Notes under the pieces: generated by a model | What the model was told of the DNA's origin: nothing | The model's input: only the letters and a program-made list of their open reading frames with translations | The model's database searches: none | Translations under genes and position numbers: made by a program | Shown: piece by piece, positions 13,218 to 26,237 of the stretch | How positions within the stretch are numbered: position 1 is the first letter of the stretch | Layout: each line of letters starts with the position of its first letter | DNA from: Hemiscyllium ocellatum | Lineage: Eukaryota | Assembly (NCBI RefSeq): GCF_020745735.1 | Contig: NC_083427.1 | Location: 1,043,211 to 1,102,263 of the forward strand | Length of the DNA: 59,053 nucleotides | Direction of reading: 5' to 3'

Positions 13218-13789
13218 ATTTGATTACTTTCCTATGACAGGTGTTGAACTGAGTGTTCCACAGCTATTTGGTTTGTGCTCCGGATCATTTGTAAACATGC
13301 GAACCTCACCTGGGAACATTCCAAAATGCAGGAAATAATATAGATTGAAAAGCCTCACAGAGCAAGATGTTCATCCTGTTAAAGGGTTTAAGCTGCTGCA
13401 TGGTGTCCATTACTGAAATGTTTAAATTCTCGCTAAAGATGTATGCAAAATGTTGAATAACTAATTGAAAAAATAACGTGCTGGTAGACAAAATAGATAG
13501 TATACAAGGAGAAAAGTTGCATTTGAAATGTCATCTTTGCAGCAAATGCAGAAATGTGGAAAGTAGTCAATGATTGTTAGGTATGGAAATATTAGCATGC
13601 CAATTCGAATGTCAATACGATTGAATGCTGGGTGTGTACAGAGGTCAATGGGGGAAGTCAGGAGTCAGCATACAGCAATACTCTGATTCACAGTTGATTA
13701 TTGTACAGTTGGATGAATCGATGGATAGAGGGATAGATAGTGAGATAGAGTGACAGAGAGGTAGATAGATATATTTCTCTTCAATTTTC

Positions 13790-14380
13790 TATTTTTCTTC
13801 TAAATTTTTCCTTTGCACTTCTCTGACTCTGGACACACTGTCGTATTCAGACCTGGGTCTCTGCATTTGATCATTTTTATTAAAAAATCCTCAAGTTTGC
13901 AACTCTTGACATTAAATGTTATCCTTTCTTCGAGGTCATTGCTTGATTTTATAGGAACATATTGGGTCTGAACTTCTGCTATTTTCTTCTTGACGACTCC
14001 TCGAGTTCTGACGACTTGATCTGCAAGTATGTTCTCCCAGTGGACATCGACCAATTTGCATTTTTGTTAATTAATTACCCTGTCCAGATGTTAGTGCTCT
14101 TATTCTCAGGCAGTCTTCGTTATTTTTCCTTTGCTATCCAAATTCGAACTGGGTTATGTTTATTATCTCTACATTGCTCATTTGTAAATATAACTTACCA
14201 ATTTCTTTTCATATTCTTCTGGATTGCGAGTGAACCTGTCAAGCTTCCTCATTGTCTTTTGAACTACGTTCATTCAGGCAAGTGATTAGTAGTCCATCGT
14301 ACTCCAGATTTAAGCATTCTACATAGTATAAAGGCTTTAGAATGTCAGGAGTTGAGTTATTCACTGCAGTATTTCAAGCT
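13790..14380 (-). mobile_element. CR1/HER1-like ORF2 fragment (endonuclease-RT linker)
   Basis: ORF 13800..14054 (-) VHWENILA...KKKIAEVQTQYVPIK resembles the CR1 ORF2 linker. Confidence 0.65.
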
Positions 14381-14384
14381 TCTC

Positions 14385-14790
14385 AACTGCATTTGCAGCA
14401 CTCATCTTTGTATAGCTCCTCGAGTACACTTTCTGGTCAAGGGCAACGCCCACGATGTTGATAATGTAATTTGTTGGACATATATATTGTCTGAGATGTT
14501 TGTGCCATGAATGCTACTTGTCACTTGCCATTCCAAGCCTGAGTATTGCATTTGCCTTTTTGCATTTGAACGTGGGCCTCTTCATTACGTAGTTAATGGT
14601 GCTAACTGTTGTGCAACTATCAGCGACCATCTCGTGATATGATAAAGTGAGCATCATTGATGAAGCAGCTAAAGATGGTTTGGACAGGACAACAGCCTGA
14701 GGAATTCCAGCAGAGATGTTGTGGAAGAGAGATGACTGATCTCCAAAATTCGCAAATAGCTTCCTTTCTGCCAGATATGAATGCAATCAT
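14385..14790 (-). mobile_element. CR1-clade LINE (second family) RT fragment
   Basis: Homologous to 8280-8700; peptide FHNISAGIPQAVVLS resembles the RT GVPQGSVL motif. Confidence 0.65.
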
Positions 14791-15751
14791 TAAACTTTTG
14801 CTTCCAAAATGTTTTGGAAATAAAGTATCAAAATGTAGTGTTACAATTCTGTTCGGGGTCCACCGAACGCTACGAGATTTGAGAGAATACCATTAAGTCA
14901 TCATGTAAGTTTGTACAACAATAAATGGATTTTAAGTTAGACATCTTTTGGTTTTCCTGTTGTGTGGAGAATATGAAGAAGACTGAACATCAGGACCTAA
15001 CTATGGAAATGTAATTTTCCGATTTGCTTCTCATCTGCAAGTTGCGAATAGAGATCGGAGTGCTGAATAGTGTCAAAGAGGGAGGGAAGGCAGAGATAGT
15101 TGATTTGGAGGGAGTGCCATGTAATTGGGTGTAACAAGTGCCTTGTATCTACCTTCAGCCAATTAAAAGCTGACATCAGGAATCAGACTTTGATAGCATA
15201 TCGTGATGGTTTGTTACCTCGCAACTGATATCTTAATGTCCATTGATATCCCATGTATGTAAATCCCTTAAGATGTTTCTAAAATGTGATGAGATATTCA
15301 TCGATATGACAGAACAGAACCTGTCCCCATTAAGGGATTGTTCTTGATTCAGTTTGCAAAGGCATTAATAACTTATTTGGTTTGGTGCCTAAATGTGACA
15401 AAAAAGGATTCTTTAAAAAAAAAATACGAAACGATTTCTGTCACCTTCACTTGCCAAATGTTTTTCCAGGTGTGAGAAGAGAAATTCATTACCTCTACCA
15501 GATGATACATTTAACCCATGGCTCCAAGAATGACAGGTAATTACTCGTTCGGAAATTGCTTCGGATCGTAGAAGCAATTCCAATTCTCTTATGTGCAGGA
15601 GCAGGAATTCCGATAGTATGCATGACCTCAGTTATTACAACATTGACAGTCCATGAACTGGAGATGGTCTTGACTCCCAGTAGTTGCATGTCAGTGCTGA
15701 GCATTGGATGAAGATGCATCCAAATCTTCAGACATTGCGTTTTCTTTGAAA

Positions 15752-17010
15752 GAGTCATCGAATCATAGGGATACACAGCGTAGAAACAGACCGTTCTGTC
15801 CAAGTTGGCTCTGACGAAAATATATTGTCAGCTATTCTAGTGCCATTTTCCAGCACTTGGCCCATATCCCGCGCAACCCTTTCTATTCACACACCCACCC
15901 ATATGCCTTTCAAATGCTGAGATTACACCATCCTCCACCATTTTCTCTGGCAGCTCATTTCATATATGTGCCACAATCTACGCACAAAGGCTGCCCCTTA
16001 CGTACCATTTATATCCTCCACTCCTTATACTACAAGAAAACCCTTTAATTCTGGACTTGCACACCTCAGGGAAAAGACTTGTCTGTTTTCTCCTATCGAA
16101 GCCCCTCACGATTTCTTTAGGGTTAATACTGAGCCTCCGAAGTTCCAGAGAAAACAGCCCCAGCCTCTTCAGTCTCGCCCGAGAAGTCAAATCCTCCAAC
16201 ACTGGCAACATGCTTGTACTTTTTTCCTCACTTTTTTAAGTTTCACAACATCATTTCGATAAGAAGGAGACCAGAATTGCACAAAATATTCCAAAAGTGG
16301 CTTAAGCAACGACTTGTACAGCCGGAACGTGACATCCGAATTCCTATATTCAGTGCTCTGCCTAATGAAGGAAAGTATTATCAAACACTTCTTGATTATC
16401 CGATCCACCTGCAACTCTACTTTCAAGGAACGATGAACCTGCACTCCAAGGTCTCTCTGTTCAGCAACACTCCCCAGGACCATTCCTTTAAATATAAATG
16501 TCCAACTTTGGTTTGTATTTCCAAAAAAAAACAGCATCTCACGTTTTTCTAAATTAACCTCCGTCTGCCATTCGTCAGCCCAAAGATGGGCGGCACAGTG
16601 ACACAGTGGTTAGCACTGTTGCCTCACAGCGCCAGAGACCTGGGTTCAATTCCTACCTCAGGCGACTGTCGGTGTGGAGTTTACACATTCTCATCGTGTC
16701 TGCGTGGGTTTCTTCCGGGTGCTCCCGTTTCCTCCCACAATCCAAAAATATGCAGGTTAGGTGAATTGGCCTTGCTAAATTGCCCATAGTATTAGGTGAA
16801 GGGGGGGCGGGGGGGGGGCGGGGCGGGGAAATGGGTCTTAGTGTGTTGCGCTTCGGTGGGTTGGTGTGGACTTGTTAGTCCGAAGGACCAATTTCCACAC
16901 TGTAAACAATCTAATCTAATCTAAAATGTGATCAAGATCCCGTTGTCCTCTGAGGTAACCTTCTTCATTGTCCACTTCGCCTCGAAGCTTGGTGCTCTTT
17001 CTTGAAACTG
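15752..17010 (-). mobile_element. HER1-like LINE 3' portion, interrupted by a SINE
   Basis: ORF 16187..16537 (-) RDLGVQVHRSLKVELQVDR...LLKPLLEYFVQFWSPSYRNDV. The 3' tail is at about 15752, and LINE homology continues after 16925. Confidence 0.88.
16588..16924 (+). mobile_element. HE1-like SINE with expanded G tract
   Basis: Full SINE head and (AATCT)n tail, with the G-run GGGGGGGCGGGGGGGGGCGGGCGGGG at 16801-16828. Confidence 0.9.
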
Positions 17011-17730
17011 TGCAGAATTGTCATTGGTTTCTCTCTGAGTTCAAATAGGCAATTAATGCTTCCAATACATTGATAAAATCGCCTTGCAACAACAGACAAA
17101 AATTGTCAGGTTTTTAAAGGTGAATGAAATTTTCAGCAATTAAATGGAAAATGTAATGATGCAGATGCAGTAAACTTTTACTGGCAAAGTTTGGGAGCAT
17201 ATGTAGACGACAGAGGAACTCAGTGATGAAATAGCATCATTCATAAGGGAGAGGATAGCATGGAAGATGGGTCAGGCGTGAGGTATGGATGAAAGTATAG
17301 AACCCAGAGGTCTGGAGTGAACCACAGTGACGGCTTTTAGAAAAGCATGCATAGTTAAGAATAGAATGAAAACGTTAAAATAACTTGCTGATAGAGCACA
17401 ATTGAGAAAAATTAGTCATATCCACGACACATGACATTCCCAACGTTTGCTGCACATCCGCCACTTCATCAACACAATCTTCAAAATTGACATGGTGACA
17501 ATATCTCAAGTCCTTTTTTTTCGATGGACTGCAGCATTTAACTCCCACTGTCTCAGTGAGAGGATCAGTATGTTTGTGGCATAACTGAAAATTATCACAA
17601 CCAATACTCTATCAGTGCAGGGTCAGTTTGTTTAGAAATATATTTTCAATTTTCCCACATAGCTCATGGAGTGCACTTTGTTGTTTCGGTAAAGTATCAA
17701 AGGCACGTTTTAGAGCTGGAACACACCAAC

Positions 17731-18190
17731 CATAGAATCAAAAGTTCATAGAGATGTACAGCATCGAAACAGAGCCTTCGGTCTGACTAGTCCATTTCAG
17801 TCTGATGTCCTAAATTAATCGAGTCTTATTTGCCAGCAGTTGTGTCATATCTATATGAAAACTTTCGATTTCGAAACCCATCCAATTGTGTTTTAAATGT
17901 TGCAGTTGTACCAGTCTCTACCATCTCCTCTGGCAGTTCAATTCCACGCGTGCACTATCTTCTGTCTGGAAAAAGTTGCTGCTTATGTCTCTTTTTAAAA
18001 CTTTTCGCTCTCACCCTCATTCTCAGCCCTCTAGTTCTGGACTCTCCGACTCCAAGAAAAAGGTCGTTTCGGTTTATCCTATCCATGTCCTACATGACTT
18101 TATAAACCTCAATGCGGTCAACCCTCAGTTTCTAACGCTTCAGGGAAAACGGTCCCAGCCTATTCTCCCTCTCCCTACAGCTCTTCAAAC
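17731..18190 (-). mobile_element. HER1-like LINE 3' fragment
   Basis: Reverse-strand 3' UTR and C-terminal RT homologous to 36899-37340. Confidence 0.8.
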
Positions 18191-18389
18191 CTGTCTGCGT
18201 GGGTTTCCTCCGGGTGCTCTGGTTTCCACCCACCGTCCAAAGATGTGCAGGTCAGGTGAATTGTCCATGCTAAATTGCCCGTAGTGTCAGGTAACGGGGT
18301 AAATGGAGGGGAATGGGTGGGTTGTGCTTCGGCGGGTCGGTGTGGACTTGTTGGGCCGAAGGGCCTGTTTCCACGCTGTAAGTAATCTA
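18191..18389 (+). mobile_element. 5'-truncated HE1-like SINE
   Basis: Begins mid-body at TGTCTGCGTGGGTTTCCTCCGGGTG and ends GTAAGTAATCTAAT. Confidence 0.88.
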
Positions 18390-19119
18390 ATTATCCTCCT
18401 TCGTCTCAGAATGGCTATGAATTGAATTGTACTATGGCATACGATACAAATGAAGTAAGAGTCATGAATTGCAGCCCTTCTTCTTGTTTTAAGTATCACG
18501 AACACTTTGGTTACTTCATTCTATTTATTAAGAAATGGAATATGTGGAAATGCTCTTTAATACTATACTCTCTGAGGTTCCATCGAAACTTCGTTAATGC
18601 ACCTTTTAAGATCAGCATGATCATTGACCCATATATCTCTGTTGTCCATCTAATGAGGATTTGACAATATCCAAAACATTCATACTATGTCATCCTGTCT
18701 TATGTAAACTTTTGGCCTTGTTCATTGTAAATATGTTTGTACTTGCCGAATTAAAAATAGACATAGCTAATGACAATTTATGTAGTTATAAGTGGTTAAA
18801 TAAGTTACTTTTCGATGTTAATAATTGTTGAAGTTGTTTTGTGAAATTATATTTTTCACTATCCCTAACCTGACCCTGTTGTTTAGGAGCGCGCAGTCAA
18901 AACTTGTAAACTTGCACAAGTCAAAAGATGAAAGTGGATAACCTAGCCACAACACATCATTGCTCTCAAGGTAAACTTCTGGGATATTATAAGGAGCAAA
19001 GCAAAAGAGCAGAAAGGTCAACCTTCCACCAATGGTCTTTATCATACTCCTCTTGATGAACTCCATGACTTACTTTCTAACTCCAACTCTTATAAGGTTG
19101 GTTTTTAGTTATGGTTTGC

Positions 19120-20269
19120 GAATTGTGGAATGCCTGAGGAGTCCTTGCTGGGTCGATTGCTGTTTATTATTTATGTGAATGCTTTGGATGAGAATGTACA
19201 TGATTAGCATGCTTGCAGACAAAATTAAAATAGGACGTACTGTGTGCAGTGAGAAAGTTTATCTGAAATTGCAGCAGGACCTTGATCAACTGGGGAAGTG
19301 GTTTGAGGAATGACACATCGGGGTTGATAGAGATATGTATGAGGGGCTGCATTTCGAAATGCCAAATTGAGGTCAGAGTTTCATTAGTTTCTTCTATTTT
19401 GCTTTATTCCTTCTTATGTCCCAGAACTTTACCTTGAGAGCTATGATGTGTTGTGGCTAGGTTATGCACTTCCATCTTTTAATTTGTGCAAGGTTAAGAA
19501 TTTTGACTGCACACACCAAATCAACAGGATCAGGGTCTTAAAGAGTGATGAGGAACCGCGGGATCTTGGAGTTCATATCCACGGCTTTCCGAAAGTAGAG
19601 TCACAGGTAGGCAGGGCAGGGAAGAAGGTTTTTGGCACACTGGCCTTCATCAGTCAGGGCATTGATAATAGAATTTGGGACGTTATGTTGCGGTTTTACA
19701 GGACGTCGATGAGACAGCACTTGGAGTATTCTGTTCAGTTTTGGTCACCGGGATCTCGGAAGGATGTTACTAAACTGGAAATAGTGGAAAAGAATTTTAA
19801 AAGATTGCTGCCAGGACTCAAAGGTCTGTTTCATTTGGGAGAGCTTGGACAATGTAGGAGATTTTTTTATTTTGTAGCGGAGGAGACTGAGGCAAGGAAA
19901 TTATAGAAGGGTGTCAGATCATGTGAGGCATGGTAGAAAGTGAATGCATGCAGTCTTTTTACCAGGATTATGGGATCAAGAACTAGAGTGTATCAGTTTA
20001 AGGTGAGAGTGGAAAGAATGAAAGGGATCCTGAGAGTGAACTTTTTTTACACGGACGGTGTTACTGAAATGGATGAGCTGCCAGCAGAAGTATTTGAGGC
20101 ATGAACATTAACAATTTTTAGAAGGACTTTTGACAAACACATGGATAGGAAACTTCTTAAGAGATAAAGGCCAAGTGCAGAAAATGGGATTAACATGGGG
20201 GGACATTTTGGCCGTGTGGACGCGTTTGGGCCAAAGAACGTATCTTCGTCTGTAGGACTCTATGACTCT
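19120..20269 (+). mobile_element. HER1-like LINE 3' ~1.1 kb
   Basis: ORF 19448..19906 RDLGVHIH...HLEYSVQFWSP; ends CTCTATGACTCT. Contains a foreign ~146-bp insert at 19388-19534. Confidence 0.85.
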
Positions 20270-21829
20270 GCTGGAAAGCAGAAAGAGAGATAAAAAACAG
20301 AGAGAGTAGAAGAACGTGTGGACCATGGAATAAAAGTGTTCATCAGTTAATTGTAGATTTTAAGTATTCATACTGAAAGGATGGTTGCCAGATCCATACT
20401 TATTTGCAGTTCATGTTCTCAATACGAAAAGGCTTCTGTGTCACCATAAAGGTCTGGACTACATATCGTTTGTTCACATCTGATCTAATGCATGTTAAGG
20501 CTGGAAACATGATTGCAAAATGATATAATGGAAGACAGCAAACAGGAATGGCGATCTCAATCTGTATAGTCAACTGGTCTATAACTTTACTGGGCAGGCC
20601 CTCAGAATCGGCGATAATACAAAGAAAGAGGAAAAACAGAAATGCAAATCTCAATGTGCAATGAGATCTAGTCACCAAAAGAGGGAATCAGGACCTGCAA
20701 AAATGTAAATGATGATGCAGTTAATGCCACTTTGATACCATAGTCACTGTACTGCTTCGTTATTGATGACAACCTGCAAATATAATATTCCAGAAATATT
20801 CATGTGACATGAGACCCACTGAAGTATGGGCCTTTGGGCATATACGGAGCTAAGTATAGGAGAAAGAGTGGAAATTGGTTCTTCAATTTTAAAAATAAGT
20901 CACCTAAAATGTTTCCCTTAAAATGTTTGACTTTTGGAGCGTCAAAGGCTAAATTGCTGCTGATCAAAATACTGGAACACTGGAATCGCAAGGAGACCAG
21001 ATCAGTTAACGGAAGCAGACTTGCTTCCCTAAACAACAGTACTGAACCAGATTTCGAGGATATCGTCACTTTGTATAAAGTATTTATTTCTGGATTAATA
21101 GTTGCTTTCAGCATTTACTAGTTGCTCTGACACCTGATCTACTGCAGCCTGATGAAGAATTTAACATTCTCCAATTACTTAGCAAAGAAATGAGTGACCA
21201 GCTCAACTGCACTTAAGCTTTTTGGAAACTTATGCACTTAGGAAAACATTTATCACTCATATCCTGAATTTAGCGAGTTTGGAACTATTCCCTCAACTAA
21301 TCCTTATCAGACAAGATTTAGGATTTCCCATTAGCTTGCAGTTGTGTCAGTGCCAAGGTGCTTTCTAATGTGAGGCTTTGGGGGATGTTCAGGCAACAAA
21401 TGCAGTTTGGAAAATGTAAAGATTCGTTTATCGTAAACGTTGAATGGCGATCCGGTGTGCAGTAACTTCCTGAAGAAGACAGCTGACTGTGTGTCTCGAT
21501 ATTTCATTAAGAGAAAGGGACTAGTTAATTTTCACTCAGTTTTGATTCAAAAGTTGTAAATGTGGAAAGAAGTGCGTAGATCATTGATCTTCCATGAAAA
21601 ATATTGTGAAGCAACAGCTAGAGCAAGTAATGCTTTCAAGCATGCCCCATGTATGCAGAAACAAATGATAGACGTTCCACTGTCTCAGATGGAGGTGATG
21701 GACATGAGGTTTTATTTTTCAGAAAGTCCTGGCCAGAGGTTTAGAACCTGAAAGACTGCATTAACAACTTGCAAGATTGGTGTCAGGTCATGCAATTGAC
21801 TTGATGGCAAGCTTGCAAAGTTTAAAAGT

Positions 21830-22812
21830 GGAAAGATGCTTCTCGGACTGGCGCCTTGCGACTCGTGGAGTCGCTTGTGTACCCATTACTGTTCGTTATC
21901 TATATCAATCATTTGGGCGAGAACGTCTATAACATAATTAGCAAGTTTTGAGAAGACACTAAATCAGAGGTTTGTGAACTGCCAGGAAGGTTATCAGAAA
22001 TTGCTGCAGGACCTTGACCAGCTGAGGAAGTGGACTGAGACATTGCAAATGCAGTTTAACATAGGAACCTGTAACTTTTCAGATTTTAGAAACTCAAATC
22101 AATGTGGGAGTTTGATGGTGAATGTCATAGTCTCAAAGAGTGCAGTAGAACAGAGCAACCTTAGAGTTCAGGTGTACGGTTCTCTGAAAGTGGAGTTAGC
22201 AGGCAAGAAGACTTTTGGTACACTGAACTACATTAGTCAGGGCACTGAGAATACAAGTTGGGAAGCTATGTTGCAGTTGCACAGGACCTTTTTGAGGACG
22301 CACTCGGTGCATTGTCTTCAGAATTGGTCACCTTGCTATAGGAAGGATGTCATTAAACTGGAAGGAACTCAGAAGAAAGTTACAAACATGTTGCATATAC
22401 TCAATGGTCTGGGTTATCTGGAGACGTTTTACAAAATGGGACTTTTTTCGTTAGAGCCGATGAGACTGAGAGTGGATCATATGGAAGACCATAAGATCAT
22501 GGATGTGGTGAATGCACTCAGTGTTTTATTCGTGGTTGTGGAAACTAGGATTAGAGGTGATTAGTTTAAAGTTTGAGGAGAAAGAATAAAGAGAACCTGA
22601 GAGGCAACATATTTGCACAGAGCATGGTGTGCATGTGAAATGAGCTTGCGAGTGGAAGTGTTTGAGGCAGGTTCATTAAAAACATTTAAAAGGCATTTGG
22701 ACAAATAGACAGCGAGGAAAGGTATCGGAGGACATCTGCCAAATGCAGGTAAATGGGGTTAGCATGGATGGAACCTTTGGATGGCAACATCCAGTTTGGA
22801 ACAAAAGGCCTG
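21830..22812 (+). mobile_element. HER1-like LINE 3' ~1 kb
   Basis: ORF 21974..22564 LLQDLDQLRKW...QNWSPCYRKDVIKLEGTQKK. Confidence 0.85.
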
Positions 22813-24514
22813 TATCCACGCTCAATGGCTCTCCATTTACGATCTTGTGCTGAAATGAACGTTTAATTCGCATATCAAGCCATGTTCTCACCCATTCAAT
22901 TTTGGTCAGTAACAGAGCATCCTCAAAAGAATAAGCACGCCATTAATTTATTGTAACGGCAGTATCTCCACTCAAAAATGCTAAAACGTTGAATATGCAA
23001 GTTTTGTTTTCATTCCCAAGTTTAAGGTGTTATGTAGGCTTTTGCTGTTTTGTTTTTCTACAGTTGTTAACGCTTCATCATGAGAGTCGAAGAGATAGAA
23101 TGCTGGGATATGACCACTGTTGGAGTGCAGGGAGTATTGAAGTTTTCTATTCTATTCTGATTTAACATTGGGGAATGGAAACCACATGGGCTGTACAGCA
23201 CAGTCTGAAAAATCAATTAGATTGAATCTTGCTAAGACAGATAAATGATAATGGCAGGCGGAACTGCTGTGTGGGAAGCAATGAATCACAGTATCACAGA
23301 AATATTACAGTGCAGAAAGAGACCATTAGGACCAAAGAATCAATTAACCAGTGCGAATTTCATACGTTTTTAAACAAAACTGCACACCATTACCACCCAA
23401 TGAAAACAAGTGTATCCAATGCCCTCTTGAATGCTTCAGTTGTACCTGTTTCTCTCACATTGCCAGGAAATGCATTCAATGCGCTATTAAATCGCTCTTT
23501 GGATGATGCTTTTCTTTCTCAGTGCAGACCACTGAGTCACCATAGGACCGGATAAGAGCGGATAAGGATCTGATTCATTCATGGTGAGAGCTTATGGTTG
23601 AAACGTCGACTCTCCTGCTCGTCGAATGCCACATTAACAGTTGTAATTTTCCAGGAACACATTTTCTGACTCTGATCTTCAACATCTGCAGTCCTTACTT
23701 TCTCCGACCCAATAACATGCCCTCTTCAGGTTTAAAAGATTTTTGTGAAGAGAGCTGAGAGAATGACTTCATGATGCGTAGTCCAGTTAGTTCCTTTTTT
23801 GGTTTTGTAAAAGTTTCTCTCTGTTTTATGAACAGCTCAATCAGTTTAACTTCTCGAAGACAATTGCACATTTTTTTTTGTCAGGCAGATGACCTTTGCC
23901 ATTAATAATTCATCACAGGCCAACAAAACAGACAGCTTCATATGCAAACAACTCCTGGGATGCTGTTCGTTTGCAGTTTCTGTTTGGGAGCCACAGTCAT
24001 ATACGCAGTGTTCACAGTGAACGTCACTTGTTTCCAAAACATGAATTCATTCTTCAAAAACCCCGAGTTTCAGGCTGTTCTCTCTTATTCTAGTCCTCAC
24101 TTTAAACATCTCAATCAAATGATAAGGCGTCGTCTTGGCGTTGGAAATATCTGTGGTTGGCTAATTGCTTCCTTTAACCTTATCATTCGAGAATAAAAAA
24201 AAACATAATGAATGTTGACAAAAAGGCTTTACCCTTCTGTTGAAAAACTACTCATTAGATAATATCGTTCATGTCGGGATGGATGGGCACCCTGACTCAT
24301 GACTGTCCATCTTTCTACCTCACAGAGATATCCGCATTCTGATTTCTGTATGTTTACCAAGATACCTCTTGGAGCTATTAGGACACAAAGGAGACTCTCG
24401 GATCATTTCCATGAGCAGAAGTCAGGAATTGTGTGGCACTGGCGGAACGTAAACTGGAAATCAATGAACAGCTTAGTTCTGAGTGTGATGCTGCGTTTCA
24501 GCGATGCTCATGAC

Positions 24515-24610
24515 GCTTTCTTACAATGTACCGATGCTCGAGTGTAGGTTGGTGCAGTGGTAGCTTTCTTACAATGTACCGATGCTCGAGTGTAGGTTGG
24601 TGCAGTGGTA
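24515..24610. repeat. Perfect 48-bp tandem duplication
   Basis: GCTTTCTTACAATGTACCGATGCTCGAGTGTAGGTTGGTGCAGTGGTA at 24515-24562 and 24563-24610. Confidence 0.97.
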
Positions 24611-26100
24611 ACTGGTCGAGGTCTACTTTGTGTGTATACGTGATTTTCCAAATTGTCAGGTAATTGCCAGAGTTGTGGCTGCGCTGAAACAGTTGGGTTG
24701 GGGTGTGGACAATTCTGGAGAAGAAGTCTTCACTGCTAATGTTGGAGCGTTTTTAGGAGCCACAGCCTTTGATGCATGCAGTGACCACTAGATGTTCTTG
24801 TTAAGACATGGAGCGAACAGCTCTGATTGAAGACTGGCATCTGTGATATTGTTGTGCTCTGGAACAGCAGTAGACTAGTACATTTTCGATTTTCCTATGA
24901 GACATAGCGACAGCTTTCTGCTCCTCCACTCCGTTAGTCCTGAGGAATTTCACAACGACCATTACATGTGGTACACAAGTAAGTTGGATTTATTCAACAC
25001 GTGGGAACAAGGCTCGAATATTGAGTCAAAGAGTCATACAACACGGAAGCAGGCACTTCTGTCCAAGTAGCACATGCCAAAGACATGCTTATCCAATTGT
25101 CTTTTAAACGCGATAACTGTGTTTTCACATATGCAGTGTGATTGGAAATAAAGTTCTCTTCTCTCTGCTGAAGGACTGTGGAGAACATGCGGAATGCAGA
25201 TGCTGGAGATCAGAGTCAAAAAGTGTGGTGCTGGAAAAATAGAGCTGCTCAGGCAGGACCCGAGGAATAGAAGAGTCGAGGCTTCCACCATTAGCTCTTC
25301 ATCAGGAACGATTGTGGGTTGTACTGCAGAACATGTGAACGCCCATCGTTGGTCACAAGGGCACGTATCAGTCAAAGACCAACCCTGACACGATGTACTT
25401 GAATGCACTTATCACTGTTTAGTGGAGGATACCTCAATTCTCTGGAAATATATTCTTATAAACTCTGACCCTCGTGTCTGTCGAGCACTCCTCTGCACAA
25501 TTCCGGAGTTTAACATATCTAAATATTCAGACAGGAAAATTTAGTAACGGACTCTCGTCTTTATTCTTGCAGTGCAGCAGATCAGGTATCATGGCACATG
25601 GAAATGTTCACCCGTGTCTCAAACTCCAGCTCGTTATTTCATGATCTCAAGCCCATACTCATCACGAAGTTGCTGCCAGTACACAGATAGATTTCCATAA
25701 ACCCCTGTTCACATTCAATATTACCATACTGTCAGTTGAAAGGTAAACACACATAATCGATTGGTTCACACTATCCTTCATCATTTCAATTACTGTTCAA
25801 TTTTCTTTATACCAGTTTCTATATCAAAGCAACAAAACCTCCCTCTGTGTCGTGTTTTCTGTCATTATTTTTTGTGCAGACCCCTTAAATCTTGACATCA
25901 ATTTATACAATGCTGTGATATCGCTTTAAACTATCTACATGGATTACCCTTTCATTATCTGTGCTGTTATGCCTCCCTCCAGTCTTATGACTTTTGTCGT
26001 GAGAAGTGTTGATTTTCTGTCTTAAAGGTAGGAACTTTGTTTCACACTACAAAAACAGAATGCTCTTTATTCAGGAATTTCGATGATTTGATCTGTGGGA

Positions 26101-26237
26101 NNNNNNNNNNNNNNNNNNNNNNNNNNNNNNNNNNNNNNNNNNNNNNNNNNNNNNNNNNNNNNNNNNNNNNNNNNNNNNNNNNNNNNNNNNNNNNNNNNNN
26201 NNNNNNNNNNNNNNNNNNNNNNNNNNNNNNNNNNNNN
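26101..26237. other. Assembly gap (137 N)
   Basis: Run of N. Confidence 1.

Noticed and set aside
15471-15537. Possible 67-nt exon (TTTTCCAG acceptor, GTAATT donor)
   Set aside because: No recognisable peptide and no partner exons; such site pairs arise by chance.
16801-16828. G-quadruplex-capable tracts (also 27295-27315 on - and 45413-45430)
   Set aside because: They are simple homopolymer expansions in or near repeats, far from the Ig segments, with no evidence of function.
20800-21420. Possible hAT transposase C-terminal remnant (FWK..., YPEFSEF...)
   Set aside because: The motifs fall in different frames and are too weak to call without a profile search.
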